DNA from: Candidatus Helarchaeota archaeon
GTDB taxonomy: Archaea > Asgardarchaeota > Lokiarchaeia > Helarchaeales > RDOG01
Assembly: GCA_019058315.1 (NCBI GenBank)
Contig: JAHPZH010000003.1
Span: 588,451-652,450, forward strand
Direction of reading: 5' to 3'
DNA: 64,000 nucleotides
Below, piece by piece: positions 20,124 to 30,128 of the stretch (position 1 is its first letter; every line of letters starts with the position of its first letter). The position numbers and the translations under genes were made by a program. Under the pieces are notes generated by a model that worked only from the letters and a program-made list of their open reading frames with translations, was not told where the DNA came from and did not search any database.

Positions 20124-20325
20124 ATGTCTGAAATCCTATATCTGGACTCATATTTCCCAATTTTAACTCTTGAATGTATTCTAATGCGGATTTAGCCTTC
20201 TCAAATGTCTTAATTCTTTCATATCGATTCTTTATACCGCACTTTCTGCAAGTTACACCTTTCTGGTTTGCCCTAATGAACGTTAATTCTTGACATTTAA
20301 GGCATTTTATTACAATATATGCCAT
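20116..20325 (-). CDS. Small Zn-ribbon protein (DUF1922-like)
   Basis: YIVIKCLKC...CRKCG. Confidence 0.65.
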   Translation of the reverse strand: MAYIVIKCLKCQELTFIRANQKGVTCRKCGIKNRYERIKTFEKAKSALEYIQELKLGNMSPDIGFQTFE

Positions 20326-20493
20326 TGCTGTTTCCTTTTGTCGTATTTTTTTAAGAAAAAGAGGGTGAGAGTTTTTGATTTTAAAGTTTTCTATCTCAAT
20401 AAAATCTACTTGAGAAAAAATAAGGAATATAGCATGACCTTATATGAATTTCGAAAAAAAAATAAAAAAATAAGTTTTTCATAACATATTTTT

Positions 20494-21045
20494 TCACTGT
20501 ACCAATGATTGGATTACTAAAGTCATTCCGGAATTACCGCCAAAATATCCTGTACCACTATTAACACCAGCTTGTACTTGAATTAAATGAACACCCGGAG
20601 TAACATTGAAAATTATTTGTTGTAAAGATACTGACATATAAAGTGACCCATAACTGCTAACGTAGGGTGGATGTTGAGAAACACCATCTAAAGCAAACCT
20701 CAAATATACGTAATTTGGACCATCAGTCCTTGCGATACAATTAAGGCTTAAATATAAGGATATTTTATTAGTACCTTCTATTATAATAGTAGTGTTCATT
20801 TGAGTAATGTTTACACAATTCGGCCATGTATTAGTAGTAGTAAATTCACCATCAAATTGTGTATACCATGTATTTAGTACACCTTGTTGAGGAGTGGCAG
20901 CTTCTTCTCCACCGGCTATTTGCGATAGAATCAATATAGGATTTATTGGTTCTGGTTGTGTCATAGTGATATATCCAAAAGTTACTCCCGCAGCTCCAAT
21001 AACAATAGCTATAACAACAATGGCTTTTAATGTATTTTTCTCCAT
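20494..21045 (-). CDS. Membrane-anchored exported beta-rich protein
   Basis: N-terminal TM/signal, GGAGG RBS. Confidence 0.7.
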   Translation of the reverse strand: MEKNTLKAIVVIAIVIGAAGVTFGYITMTQPEPINPILILSQIAGGEEAATPQQGVLNTWYTQFDGEFTTTNTWPNCVNITQMNTTIIIEGTNKISLYLSLNCIARTDGPNYVYLRFALDGVSQHPPYVSSYGSLYMSVSLQQIIFNVTPGVHLIQVQAGVNSGTGYFGGNSGMTLVIQSLVQ

Positions 21046-21190
21046 AATACTACCTCCAAAATTAAAAAGAAATCATGTATAGATTTATTTTTTTATATTT
21101 AAGCTTTTACCATTATCTCTAATTTTAGATATACACTATCACAACCTTTTTAAATTAAACCTCAGACCTGCTAATTTCAAGTGGTTTAAA

Positions 21191-22363
21191 ATGGCATTAG
21201 AATTAAAAAACATAAAAGGTCTGAGAACGATGGATCTAACGAATCTCAGGGAAAATGGGATAGTTGATATCAACTATCTCGCTTCAGCGACAATCCATGA
21301 ACTTGAAGCTATTGGTTTCGGTAAGGATAGGGCTCAAAGAATAATCGAGGAAGCTGGGAAAATACTAGATGAGTTTATGGGAGCCAAAGATGGGTTTCTC
21401 ATGGGGACTGACCTCATAAAACAGTATTCTAAAATGGAAAGGTTGTCAACGGGTAGCCCCTCATTTGATAAGATTCTTGGTGGTGGTTTTGAAACGCAAA
21501 AGGTGTATGAAGTTTATGGAAAAGAAAAGTCTGGAAAATCAAGATTATGTCATCAATTAGTGGTACGTGCTCATCTATCGAAAGAAAAAGGTGGGTTAGG
21601 ATCACCAGCAGCGGTTTATATTGATACAGAAGGGACGTTTAACATGAAAACTCTGAAAACGATGGCACAATATGTTGGTCTCGACCCTGAAATGGTATCA
21701 AAGAACTTGGCTTATTCAAAACCTCCAACGAGTGGGACTTTGAATTATATAATTTGGAAGCATTTACCAAAAATCATGGAACAGACGGGTGCCAGGATAG
21801 TAATTTTGGATTCCATCGCAACCCACTTTCGGGCAGAATATGGAATTGCAAGGCAATTACTTCCAGAAAGGCAGATGAGGGCAAATCAAGTCATCCATAA
21901 CTTGAAAAAAGCAGCTACAAAATTTAATGCTCTTATCGTCATGACTAATCAAGCAGTGGCCAATGTCTCGGGTTATGGGGCTCCTTACAATCATGCTATG
22001 GGATTAGTTGTTGGTCATGAATCTCAAGTTCGTATCAGGATTCAAAAAAAGTCAGGTCCCGAAAGAGAAATCATGATTGAAAAAGCGATAGATCTACCCG
22101 AAGATACTTGTAAATTAGATATGACAGAGTTTGGTTTTGAAGAACAAAAGGAAAAAAAGAAGAAGGGTAAAAAGAAAATTAAGGAGGAAGAAGAGTCAGA
22201 AGAACAAGAGGAAGAATCAACCGAAGAAGAAATTGTCGAAAATGAAGTGGAACCAGAACTCGAGTCAGATGTGAATGGTGAGAAAGAAACCACAGCCAAA
22301 GTGACCAAGACCAAAAAAGCAAAAAAAGCGAAAAAGAAAGCAACGAAATCAGAGAGTTCATAA
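21191..22363 (+). CDS. radA: RadA/Rad51-family paralog with charged C-terminal tail
   Basis: HhH N-domain, LSTGSPSFDKILGGG, GKEKSGKS, YIDTEGTF, ILDS, TNQ. Confidence 0.85.
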   Translation: MALELKNIKGLRTMDLTNLRENGIVDINYLASATIHELEAIGFGKDRAQRIIEEAGKILDEFMGAKDGFLMGTDLIKQYSKMERLSTGSPSFDKILGGGFETQKVYEVYGKEKSGKSRLCHQLVVRAHLSKEKGGLGSPAAVYIDTEGTFNMKTLKTMAQYVGLDPEMVSKNLAYSKPPTSGTLNYIIWKHLPKIMEQTGARIVILDSIATHFRAEYGIARQLLPERQMRANQVIHNLKKAATKFNALIVMTNQAVANVSGYGAPYNHAMGLVVGHESQVRIRIQKKSGPEREIMIEKAIDLPEDTCKLDMTEFGFEEQKEKKKKGKKKIKEEEESEEQEEESTEEEIVENEVEPELESDVNGEKETTAKVTKTKKAKKAKKKATKSESS

Positions 22364-22365
22364 GT

Positions 22366-23127
22366 TTGTCAAGGACTAGACCTTTAATTATTCTTTTTTT
22401 AATCCCACTATTATTTTTTTCTCTAATCCCCGAATCTAAGGCGGAGTTATCCATCCCATTAATACGATTACCCTATCCAGATCTTACCTTATATTATCTA
22501 ATTGAGGGAGAAAGTATATTACAAAACGTAAATCCCTTACTTACCGTAAACTCGAGGCATAAATCATTCCTCCCAACTAGTATGTTACGTGTGACATTTC
22601 CAGACTATTATAATAAATCTAAAAAAGAGATGGTATATGAATTACGATATTTTGGATTTACAAATGGAGTAAATACTACTCTCAACGAATTAACCAGGGC
22701 CACAAAAGATGATCAATTTTGTCCGTTTTACCTTAAATATAGTGGAATTCCCAATATTATAGGTCTTGAATTTGACTGGATATATGAGTATGGGGGTGTT
22801 AAATATATTCAATGGAAAGATATTTGGTTAAAAACTACATTATATTACTTTAATTATCAAGATGGTGCCACAACATATTCATTTCGATTTTATTATGATT
22901 ACACAAGTCATGTTTTAATCCAATTAGAAGAAGAGACCACCACAAATTTAATCCAGACACAATACTTGAAATATACTTTGTTCATCGGAAATGTGTATGT
23001 AACCCAGCAATCTAATTTTACAGGAGAATGGGGGCAGATGGCAAATTATGTTATTGCTATTATAATTTCTTTGGTAGCCACGATATTTTTTGGATTGTTT
23101 TTAGTAAAGAAAAAAATGAAAAATTAG
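22366..23127 (+). CDS. Exported protein with signal peptide and C-terminal TM anchor
   Basis: Signal-like N-terminus; C-terminal TM followed by KKK. Confidence 0.7.
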   Translation: MSRTRPLIILFLIPLLFFSLIPESKAELSIPLIRLPYPDLTLYYLIEGESILQNVNPLLTVNSRHKSFLPTSMLRVTFPDYYNKSKKEMVYELRYFGFTNGVNTTLNELTRATKDDQFCPFYLKYSGIPNIIGLEFDWIYEYGGVKYIQWKDIWLKTTLYYFNYQDGATTYSFRFYYDYTSHVLIQLEEETTTNLIQTQYLKYTLFIGNVYVTQQSNFTGEWGQMANYVIAIIISLVATIFFGLFLVKKKMKN

Positions 23128-23136
23128 GTGTATTAA

Positions 23137-23304
23137 ATGATAGAGTTAGAAAACTTAAGCATAGAAGATATAATCAAAAAAATAAAAACCTGCGAGTTTT
23201 TTAATGGGTTTAAAGATGTTAAAGTATATTGCAAATTGGAAAAAGGTTTAACATCAATTAAAAATTGTATATCTTGTATAAGCATTTTGGAGAGTCAAAA
23301 TTAA
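23137..23304 (+). CDS. Small four-Cys protein (55 aa)
   Basis: AGGTG RBS; MIELENLS...C..C..CISC. Confidence 0.5.
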   Translation: MIELENLSIEDIIKKIKTCEFFNGFKDVKVYCKLEKGLTSIKNCISCISILESQN

Positions 23305-23329
23305 GGTCGTTTAAAAATATACGGAGTTT

Positions 23330-24154
23330 TTGACAAGCATGTCTGAGAATATACTTTTTCATGAAAAAAAGCACGGTTTATGTGGTTTTATAACAAATAA
23401 AGAAATTCGGGTTCTTTTGGGAAAAGATTATGTAGAACGGAATTATGTAGAGGTCGAATCTGAGATTATGGTCACTGAAACTAAAATTATTATTACACCT
23501 AAAATGAAAAATTATGATTCAATTACTCTTCCAATCAATCAAATAGTCCATGTAGAAAAAAAAGGAGAGTTTGAAGTAGATAAATGTGATAAAAAATGCT
23601 TTTCTTGGATATTTTTACAAAATGGCGTTAATTATAAAATTACATTTAATAGGGGAGCCAATAATAAATCAGAAAAAACTTATGATATGGATTTGAATAA
23701 TGCTTTTTATGGCGCACTGAGGCTCCCTTTGAGGCAGATTCATCAAGAAAGACAAAGAAAAAAAAGAAATTTGTTACAGAAAAAAGAAAAAACAAAAATT
23801 AATTGGTTTAGAAGTAGGATTAAAAAGTACCTTATCCCCTATAATGAGATCACTTTTAAAAAAATTGCAGCAGACTTCGATCTGAACATAATTCTCGTGG
23901 AAGAGGAACTAAAAAAGATGATTGCGAATGATATAATTAAGGGGAAGTTAATTCCAAATGGAATCGTCTTTTCAAGTCAGACTCATAATCAGCAAGTTCA
24001 ACAATCATTCGTTATTAATGCCACACTACCATCTGGAACAATAGAAGTGGGATCGAGGGCGTCAATTTGTCCACAATGTAAGGCACCATTAAAACGTGAG
24101 CCTCCTTGTAAATGTGATTATTGTAGTTTTCTCATTTCAAGCCCAGACAGATGA
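23330..24154 (+). CDS. PH-like, PCI-like wHTH and Zn-ribbon protein
   Basis: YNEITFKKIAADF..VEEELKKMI..IKGKL; CPQC..CDYC. Confidence 0.65.
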   Translation: MTSMSENILFHEKKHGLCGFITNKEIRVLLGKDYVERNYVEVESEIMVTETKIIITPKMKNYDSITLPINQIVHVEKKGEFEVDKCDKKCFSWIFLQNGVNYKITFNRGANNKSEKTYDMDLNNAFYGALRLPLRQIHQERQRKKRNLLQKKEKTKINWFRSRIKKYLIPYNEITFKKIAADFDLNIILVEEELKKMIANDIIKGKLIPNGIVFSSQTHNQQVQQSFVINATLPSGTIEVGSRASICPQCKAPLKREPPCKCDYCSFLISSPDR

Positions 24155-24378
24155 TTAGGATGACTATCGTAATAACAATAAATACAAGAAAATAGAATGA
24201 GGTTTAAATGACTCTATTATTTCAAGATATTAATAAATGACTTACCTATAAAAAAAAGTTTATAAATTAGTAAAATAAAATTTGCTTTAGATAATAAAAG
24301 GGGTGAAAAAGTACGTCATATACTGATAAGAATCTAACAATTGTTGGTTTAGGTGTTTATGAATTAGTTGTAGGGCTT

Positions 24379-24813
24379 GTGGTTGCGTTTATACCAACTT
24401 TTAAAATGGTTCGTTTGATAGGACTTATTGCACTTGGAGCTATGATAATTTTAATAGTGGGGATATTATTTATTCTAAGTGGCACCTTTTCTAGCAAAAA
24501 TATTGCAACAATCGCTTTTTTATTTGGTCTTATTAGTTGGATTATTTACATAGTTATAAGCATAATTGGGATAAACACAAACCTCAAGGCAATGGAAGAG
24601 AATTTGATTAATGCATTAATAATGAGTTATATGATCTTTAGACATTGGGAATTATTTTTCATGTTTTTAGGACCAACTAAAAGTATTCAAATGGGTTTAA
24701 TATTATCATGTATCCGTTTAGGGTTAACAATTTCTTTACCTGCCGTTGGAACTATTATATTAGTCATTTTAGTCAGAGAAGATAGATTATATGGTTTTTC
24801 AAGTTTTAGATAG
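24379..24813 (+). CDS. Membrane protein
   Basis: Several hydrophobic segments. Confidence 0.55.
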   Translation: MVAFIPTFKMVRLIGLIALGAMIILIVGILFILSGTFSSKNIATIAFLFGLISWIIYIVISIIGINTNLKAMEENLINALIMSYMIFRHWELFFMFLGPTKSIQMGLILSCIRLGLTISLPAVGTIILVILVREDRLYGFSSFR

Positions 24814-24973
24814 TTAATGGGAGAATTTACAAAATATTTAACCCACAATGGCAGAAAGATAGTTATTATATGTTAGTTTTTAGTCTCTATAATGAGACCT
24901 TAAAATGCGGGTTTTAAACTTTCCCATATCTTTTTTAACTGTGGAAGGGGATTTTAATTGTTAAGATCTTACC

Positions 24974-25375
24974 TCAATTTAAAATTTTTCCACAAAATTT
25001 ACAAACAGCTATTTCATTATTTAATAACTTTTGCCCTTGTTCTTTACTTATGGGGGCATGACAATGTGAACATTCCCATTTTGCTTTAGCTTCACTTACT
25101 TTTTTTTCTTCGGTTTTTACTTTTTTCCGTGGAATTTTATTTTTCTTTCCAATATATATCATAGTTTTATCAAATAATCGAAATTCAATTTCTCCATCTT
25201 GTATCATTTTCTTAATTATGGGTTTAATAAATTTAGCTTTATAATTCAACTTAGAAGCTATTTTAGGGATTGTTATTGTATTATACTGAGAGAGAAGTTT
25301 CTTTAATTTAATTTTAGCTTTCTCTTCTGCTTCTCTTAATTCTTTTTCTTTTTCTAATTTTCTAATTTTTTTCAT
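24974..25375 (-). CDS. PCI-like wHTH and Zn-ribbon protein
   Basis: YNTITIPKIASKL..IKKMIQDGEI; CSHC..CKFC. Confidence 0.65.
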   Translation of the reverse strand: MKKIRKLEKEKELREAEEKAKIKLKKLLSQYNTITIPKIASKLNYKAKFIKPIIKKMIQDGEIEFRLFDKTMIYIGKKNKIPRKKVKTEEKKVSEAKAKWECSHCHAPISKEQGQKLLNNEIAVCKFCGKILN

Positions 25376-25576
25376 TATATGTCACAATATAATTTTATCC
25401 ACTAAAGATTAAATTCTGATTATTAATGTCATTTGATCAAATCGATCCTCTCTTAATTCTTTTTAATTTTTTATATATTTTTATTTTACTAAATCGGTGA
25501 TTTTAAAAAAATTCGCTAATTTCTTCCTTCAAACACGCTTCCAGTTACCAACAAAACTCAATAATCAGTGTAATGT

Positions 25577-26074
25577 TCAAGCCCTTAACTTTTTATCTAC
25601 AATCCATTTTTCTATAATGAATGATTGTGATATCTCTTTTAAATGAGTAAAATTAGGAATTATGGTAGATTTAGGAAACCAGACTTTCGTTTTGGCATCT
25701 AATTCTAATAATAGACCTGCTTTAGTTTCAGCAATTATTTTTCCTTCAATTTTTGCAGTTTTTAAATTAAATACCTCTACAATCGTCTCAGGAATATCTG
25801 CTAATTGACCGCAGTATTTAACCATCCGTTCCTTTGCTTCGCTTAAAAATTCTCCAGATAAATTATTCCCCGAAAGTATCCATTTTGCACAATATGACAA
25901 GATACCAGCATCAGGTTTGTTAAAACCTACACCATTTCGATATCTACTTCGATTTATATATTTTTCATCATGTGTTTGGTTTTTATAAATGGCAACTATC
26001 GCCCATTCGAGAAAATTCTGATCGTTAAACAGTTTATATCTTAATTTTCTAATTATTTCATTTCTAGATCTCAT
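25577..26074 (-). CDS. Hypothetical protein with NGVGFNKPD motif
   Basis: AIVAIY..QT.DE..NGVGFN..D...KY..QL pattern recalled from phage proteins. Confidence 0.55.
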   Translation of the reverse strand: MRSRNEIIRKLRYKLFNDQNFLEWAIVAIYKNQTHDEKYINRSRYRNGVGFNKPDAGILSYCAKWILSGNNLSGEFLSEAKERMVKYCGQLADIPETIVEVFNLKTAKIEGKIIAETKAGLLLELDAKTKVWFPKSTIIPNFTHLKEISQSFIIEKWIVDKKLRA

Positions 26075-26079
26075 TTAAA

Positions 26080-26751
26080 TCACGAATTAGTAACAGTGGC
26101 AACCTTATAACATCCGATTAATAGAATTAAAGCCATAAAATAAGTAGAAATGAAATAAAACCAATTTATTTCATATACTGAATAAGCATTCCAAGAACCC
26201 GCAAACCATGCAGGAATAAAAGCAATAACAAGAGACATTAATTCAAATAGGGACCGCTTAGCATTAGTGTTAAATGGAACAAAAATAGTCTTTAGGTCTG
26301 GAGGGCTAGGCAATGCTGTAAATGTAAGGGTAAATATTAAATAATATTTTATTGCTTCATGTAAATTCGGTAAATAATAAAGTATTAATCCTACAAAAAG
26401 TCCATTTATGATGGCAGGACCTACTGAAATAAGAAAACTACTTAAAAAACTTTCCGGTTCTTCACAATCTACATATCCTGCTGCACCTGGTACTTCAGGG
26501 TCACCAAAAGTAAAAAATTTGACTTTTCTTACAGGTGTGCCAGTTATTATGCAAAAAATGAAATGACCAAACTCATGTAGGGCAATCCCTGGAATACAGA
26601 TTACTAAAAAGAATTTTCCAAGATAAGATACATATCTTTTAAAAGCTTCAATCTTTAATATTGAATTTATAACTATCGAGGCGAAAACTACTGCTATTAT
26701 TACCGTAACACCGAAAGGGATAAAATCAGATATGCTTTGGATTATTTCCAT
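26080..26751 (-). CDS. Membrane zinc metalloprotease (M50-like)
   Basis: PGIALHEFGH, GYV, SVGP, PSPPD. Confidence 0.8.
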   Translation of the reverse strand: MEIIQSISDFIPFGVTVIIAVVFASIVINSILKIEAFKRYVSYLGKFFLVICIPGIALHEFGHFIFCIITGTPVRKVKFFTFGDPEVPGAAGYVDCEEPESFLSSFLISVGPAIINGLFVGLILYYLPNLHEAIKYYLIFTLTFTALPSPPDLKTIFVPFNTNAKRSLFELMSLVIAFIPAWFAGSWNAYSVYEINWFYFISTYFMALILLIGCYKVATVTNS

Positions 26752-27093
26752 TTATATCATCTTATTTTTCTTGAATTTTAGTCGAGTATTTGATTTTACT
26801 TTTAAGTTTTTTGTTAATTAGAAATCAAATATTTTACTAGATATTTACAATATCTATGGTTTATAATAATGATATTATACAAATATCGTCCCAGATTATC
26901 TATTTATTAGAAAAATATCTTCTCATAAATTTAAATGGTTTATAATTTTAGTAATTTTATGCAGATAATGCATAACTCAAATTAAATTGAATTTTTGACA
27001 ACCAATAATTTTATAAAGAAAAGCTTGAGCTTGGCTTTTTTCAAAACGAGAATACAACAAAAATTATTCAAAAATTGATTCGGACCGAATAAT

Positions 27094-29577
27094 TTGAAAC
27101 GAATAATATCGCAAAGGAAAAACAAAAAACAATTATTTTTTATTGGAGTGATAGGATTAGTCATTATTCTATATTTTTGTTTCGATGCAATACGACCTAT
27201 TAATGGTCTAAATTTTGTTCCAAATACTGGAAAACATACCCAACTCCCCATATTTTCTTCTGCTATTAAGAATGTAACAGAAGCAAATCTATCAATTCTT
27301 TATCCTGTAAATATTGACCGATATTATACCGAACCTCTAAATGGTTTTGGGTCAGGAACTGTTGAAAATCTACAAAATGAAACAGGGATAGTCACTACCG
27401 CTGAGACTTATCCTAGTTCGGACTATGGAAACATATCTGTCGAAGTTTCTTTTAATACAACTGGTCTGGATATCAGCTCCATGACATTATTTCGTGTCAA
27501 TTGGGAAGGAAGTATCGCATCTACTGCAAGTTCAGTAGTGGATACAAAATTAAATGTATATATAGACAATCAAGGTGGCTGGGAAATGCTGCACAATGCA
27601 ACAAATACGGGTGGTAGTTTAATTGAACGTAAAATTGGATGGTGGGAGCATGCTATTCCATCAAATTTTCAAAATTATATTAGCGGAAATACTATTAAAC
27701 TAAAATTCGAGGCTGTCCAAAATTTAACAGCGACAGAAAATAATTGGTATTTTTATTTATTTCTTCATTGGTCAAATATTGTATTTGGAAAGGATATCGA
27801 ATTCACAAGATTAAATGCTACAGCCATCGAATTAATCTATAATGATACCAATTATGAACAAATTGGAAATATAACCAGTCTAGAAAATGATGAGGATAGT
27901 GATGTCCTATCTATAAAAATAAATGAGACATTGGTAGCTGGAAGGAACAATATTACCTTTGATGTCGTATTTGATTTACTTAATTATTCTTTGGATGACA
28001 TTTATGGTTTTACTTACTACCATGATGATTGGTTTTCATTCAATGGTGGGATTGAACCTCCACAATTGGGAACTATTAGTATTCAGAATACCTCCTCAGG
28101 TCAATTATTCCCAATTCAATATTTACGGGACTCCCATATTTCTTATACTAATTTATATCCAAAACAAGGCTTTGCAGCATACACATTTACAGACGCTGGG
28201 TGGTGGAATCCATCGGGATTACGGTTACGATATTACCGAAATATAACTGGGATTACTAATTGGGCTAAAATTGAAATCGATCTTGGATATATTGAACTTG
28301 CTAGAAGAACAAGTCCTATATTTTCCGTCTATGTAGAGAATAATACAAGGTATATTGATGAAATTGAACATATCCAAATTTTTGTTCAAAATTATAGGAG
28401 TAACGTGACTGATATTCAAGTTATTAGTTCGGAAGGAAATTCTTTTGTTAATGACTCAGAAGGAAATTACACATTTGAGATTACAAGGACAACATCAGGA
28501 TGGTATAACTTCTCAGTTCAAATTATAGATAATGAAGAGCATTTAGTCACTAAGGGTCTCTACAAAATTTGGTTTAATGGACGACCAGTTAATATCGACA
28601 TAACCTTATCTCCAATCCCTCAAGAAATTAACTGCCTACTTGTATTTACAGACAGTATTTATGGAGCTCCCGTAGCTAACAAAGCCTTTGATCTATGGAT
28701 TTATAGATATGGGGAGACTATCCCCTATGCTAGTTATCCCGGACTGACTACTAATGCTTCGGGGATGTTTTTTGATAGTTATAGTGTTCTTCCATACCTT
28801 GATCAAAGTTATACGTTTAATGTAACGACTTATGCAGATGCTAGCTATAGTCGTTGCTCGGTAACAAGTTCTATAACTTGTTCATATGCCCCCCCAAGGT
28901 TTACAATAACAGATGTCGTTTATAATTCTCAATATTCTGGAGAAACGGTTACTATACATTACACTTTGGAAGACTGGACCGTAAATATTGTAAGTGCTAA
29001 TCTCAAGGAAAATGGAAATTTCATAACAAGCATCCCTATCTCTCCCGGATTAAATCAAGTTTCTTTCACTACAATAAGCGGTAATAATAATTACACACTA
29101 TGGGCCGTAAATTCTAGAGGACAAGTGGGTGAATCCGAGATTGTGAATCTAAATTTATTTCTAAAACCGATAAAATTGGATATATTAACTTTTTACTTGG
29201 ACGATTTCTTCTATTTCTTTATAGACGTGAAGGATAATGAAACGGGTTCAAGTCTTGATGGTGTTCCGGTCCGAGTTTCAGTGTATGATAGCGGATTTCT
29301 ATTATTTTCAGGTCAAGTTGAAACTCATTCTATAATCGTTGGGGGCTTTCCCTTTGATGGGGGATTAGACCACCATTTCTTGTTCAGGGCTGAAGTCGTA
29401 GAAGATAATTTCGAAAATCGTCAAAAAGAATCACAATTACCATTTCAAGCATATCCTATATTGGAATTATTGACCTTTGGATTAATAACTCCAGCGATTG
29501 TAGGAGTAATTATATTTCCCCGATTAATAAGTAAAAGACGGAGATTTAGGCATAACGGACGTTATCGCCAAAGTTAA
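27094..29577 (+). CDS. Large surface glycoprotein with beta-sandwich/Ig-like domains
   Basis: N-terminal signal/TM, many NxS/T sequons, C-terminal TM and basic tail. Confidence 0.75.
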   Translation: MKRIISQRKNKKQLFFIGVIGLVIILYFCFDAIRPINGLNFVPNTGKHTQLPIFSSAIKNVTEANLSILYPVNIDRYYTEPLNGFGSGTVENLQNETGIVTTAETYPSSDYGNISVEVSFNTTGLDISSMTLFRVNWEGSIASTASSVVDTKLNVYIDNQGGWEMLHNATNTGGSLIERKIGWWEHAIPSNFQNYISGNTIKLKFEAVQNLTATENNWYFYLFLHWSNIVFGKDIEFTRLNATAIELIYNDTNYEQIGNITSLENDEDSDVLSIKINETLVAGRNNITFDVVFDLLNYSLDDIYGFTYYHDDWFSFNGGIEPPQLGTISIQNTSSGQLFPIQYLRDSHISYTNLYPKQGFAAYTFTDAGWWNPSGLRLRYYRNITGITNWAKIEIDLGYIELARRTSPIFSVYVENNTRYIDEIEHIQIFVQNYRSNVTDIQVISSEGNSFVNDSEGNYTFEITRTTSGWYNFSVQIIDNEEHLVTKGLYKIWFNGRPVNIDITLSPIPQEINCLLVFTDSIYGAPVANKAFDLWIYRYGETIPYASYPGLTTNASGMFFDSYSVLPYLDQSYTFNVTTYADASYSRCSVTSSITCSYAPPRFTITDVVYNSQYSGETVTIHYTLEDWTVNIVSANLKENGNFITSIPISPGLNQVSFTTISGNNNYTLWAVNSRGQVGESEIVNLNLFLKPIKLDILTFYLDDFFYFFIDVKDNETGSSLDGVPVRVSVYDSGFLLFSGQVETHSIIVGGFPFDGGLDHHFLFRAEVVEDNFENRQKESQLPFQAYPILELLTFGLITPAIVGVIIFPRLISKRRRFRHNGRYRQS

Positions 29578-29597
29578 ATTTATGGAGTATTTATAAA

Positions 29598-29861
29598 ATG
29601 AATATAATTTTTGCACTAATTGAAATAGTCCGGACAATAACATTCTTTTTCACATGTGGTGTGGCAATGATATTTTGTTATAATATTTTAAGCTATATTT
29701 TTGGGCTTGATTCTCCTGGAAAATCCATGAAGGCGTTGGGCATCAGTTTTCTGTTAATTATATTATTATTAACTCTAGATAACACGGTCTATTCGATTTA
29801 TCATGTGCATATTATAAATACGAAAATAGCTTTGGGGGCGACTCCAGATCCGATATTTTGA
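29598..29861 (+). CDS. Small two-TM pilin-like protein
   Basis: TM-GxSxKAL-TM-LD..VHI; paralog of the next gene. Confidence 0.65.
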   Translation: MNIIFALIEIVRTITFFFTCGVAMIFCYNILSYIFGLDSPGKSMKALGISFLLIILLLTLDNTVYSIYHVHIINTKIALGATPDPIF

Positions 29862-29870
29862 GGTGTCAAT

Positions 29871-30110
29871 ATGATCTTTACTGTAATATTAGGAATTGTA
29901 CAAAATTTAGTTTTTATAGCTATAATGATTGATATAATATTGATAATCTGGAATTTGTTAGGATGGCAACTAGGAATTTATGGTTCTGGAGGGTCGAAAA
30001 GAGCCTTAATGATTACCATAGGCATTCTTATAGGAATTTTCTACCTAGATGCTATATTGTTCGATATTTTCAAAGTTCATATTGTCTCATTCCCAGTTTT
30101 TATAATTTAA
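29871..30110 (+). CDS. Small two-TM pilin-like protein
   Basis: TM-GGSKRAL-TM-LD..VHI; GAGGTG RBS. Confidence 0.65.
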   Translation: MIFTVILGIVQNLVFIAIMIDIILIIWNLLGWQLGIYGSGGSKRALMITIGILIGIFYLDAILFDIFKVHIVSFPVFII

Positions 30111-30128
30111 TTTTATGGAGAGAAGATA

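Noticed and set aside
27094-29577. Fusexin/HAP2-like fusogen
   Set aside because: Cys-poor with no recognisable fusexin motifs; cannot be supported by eye.
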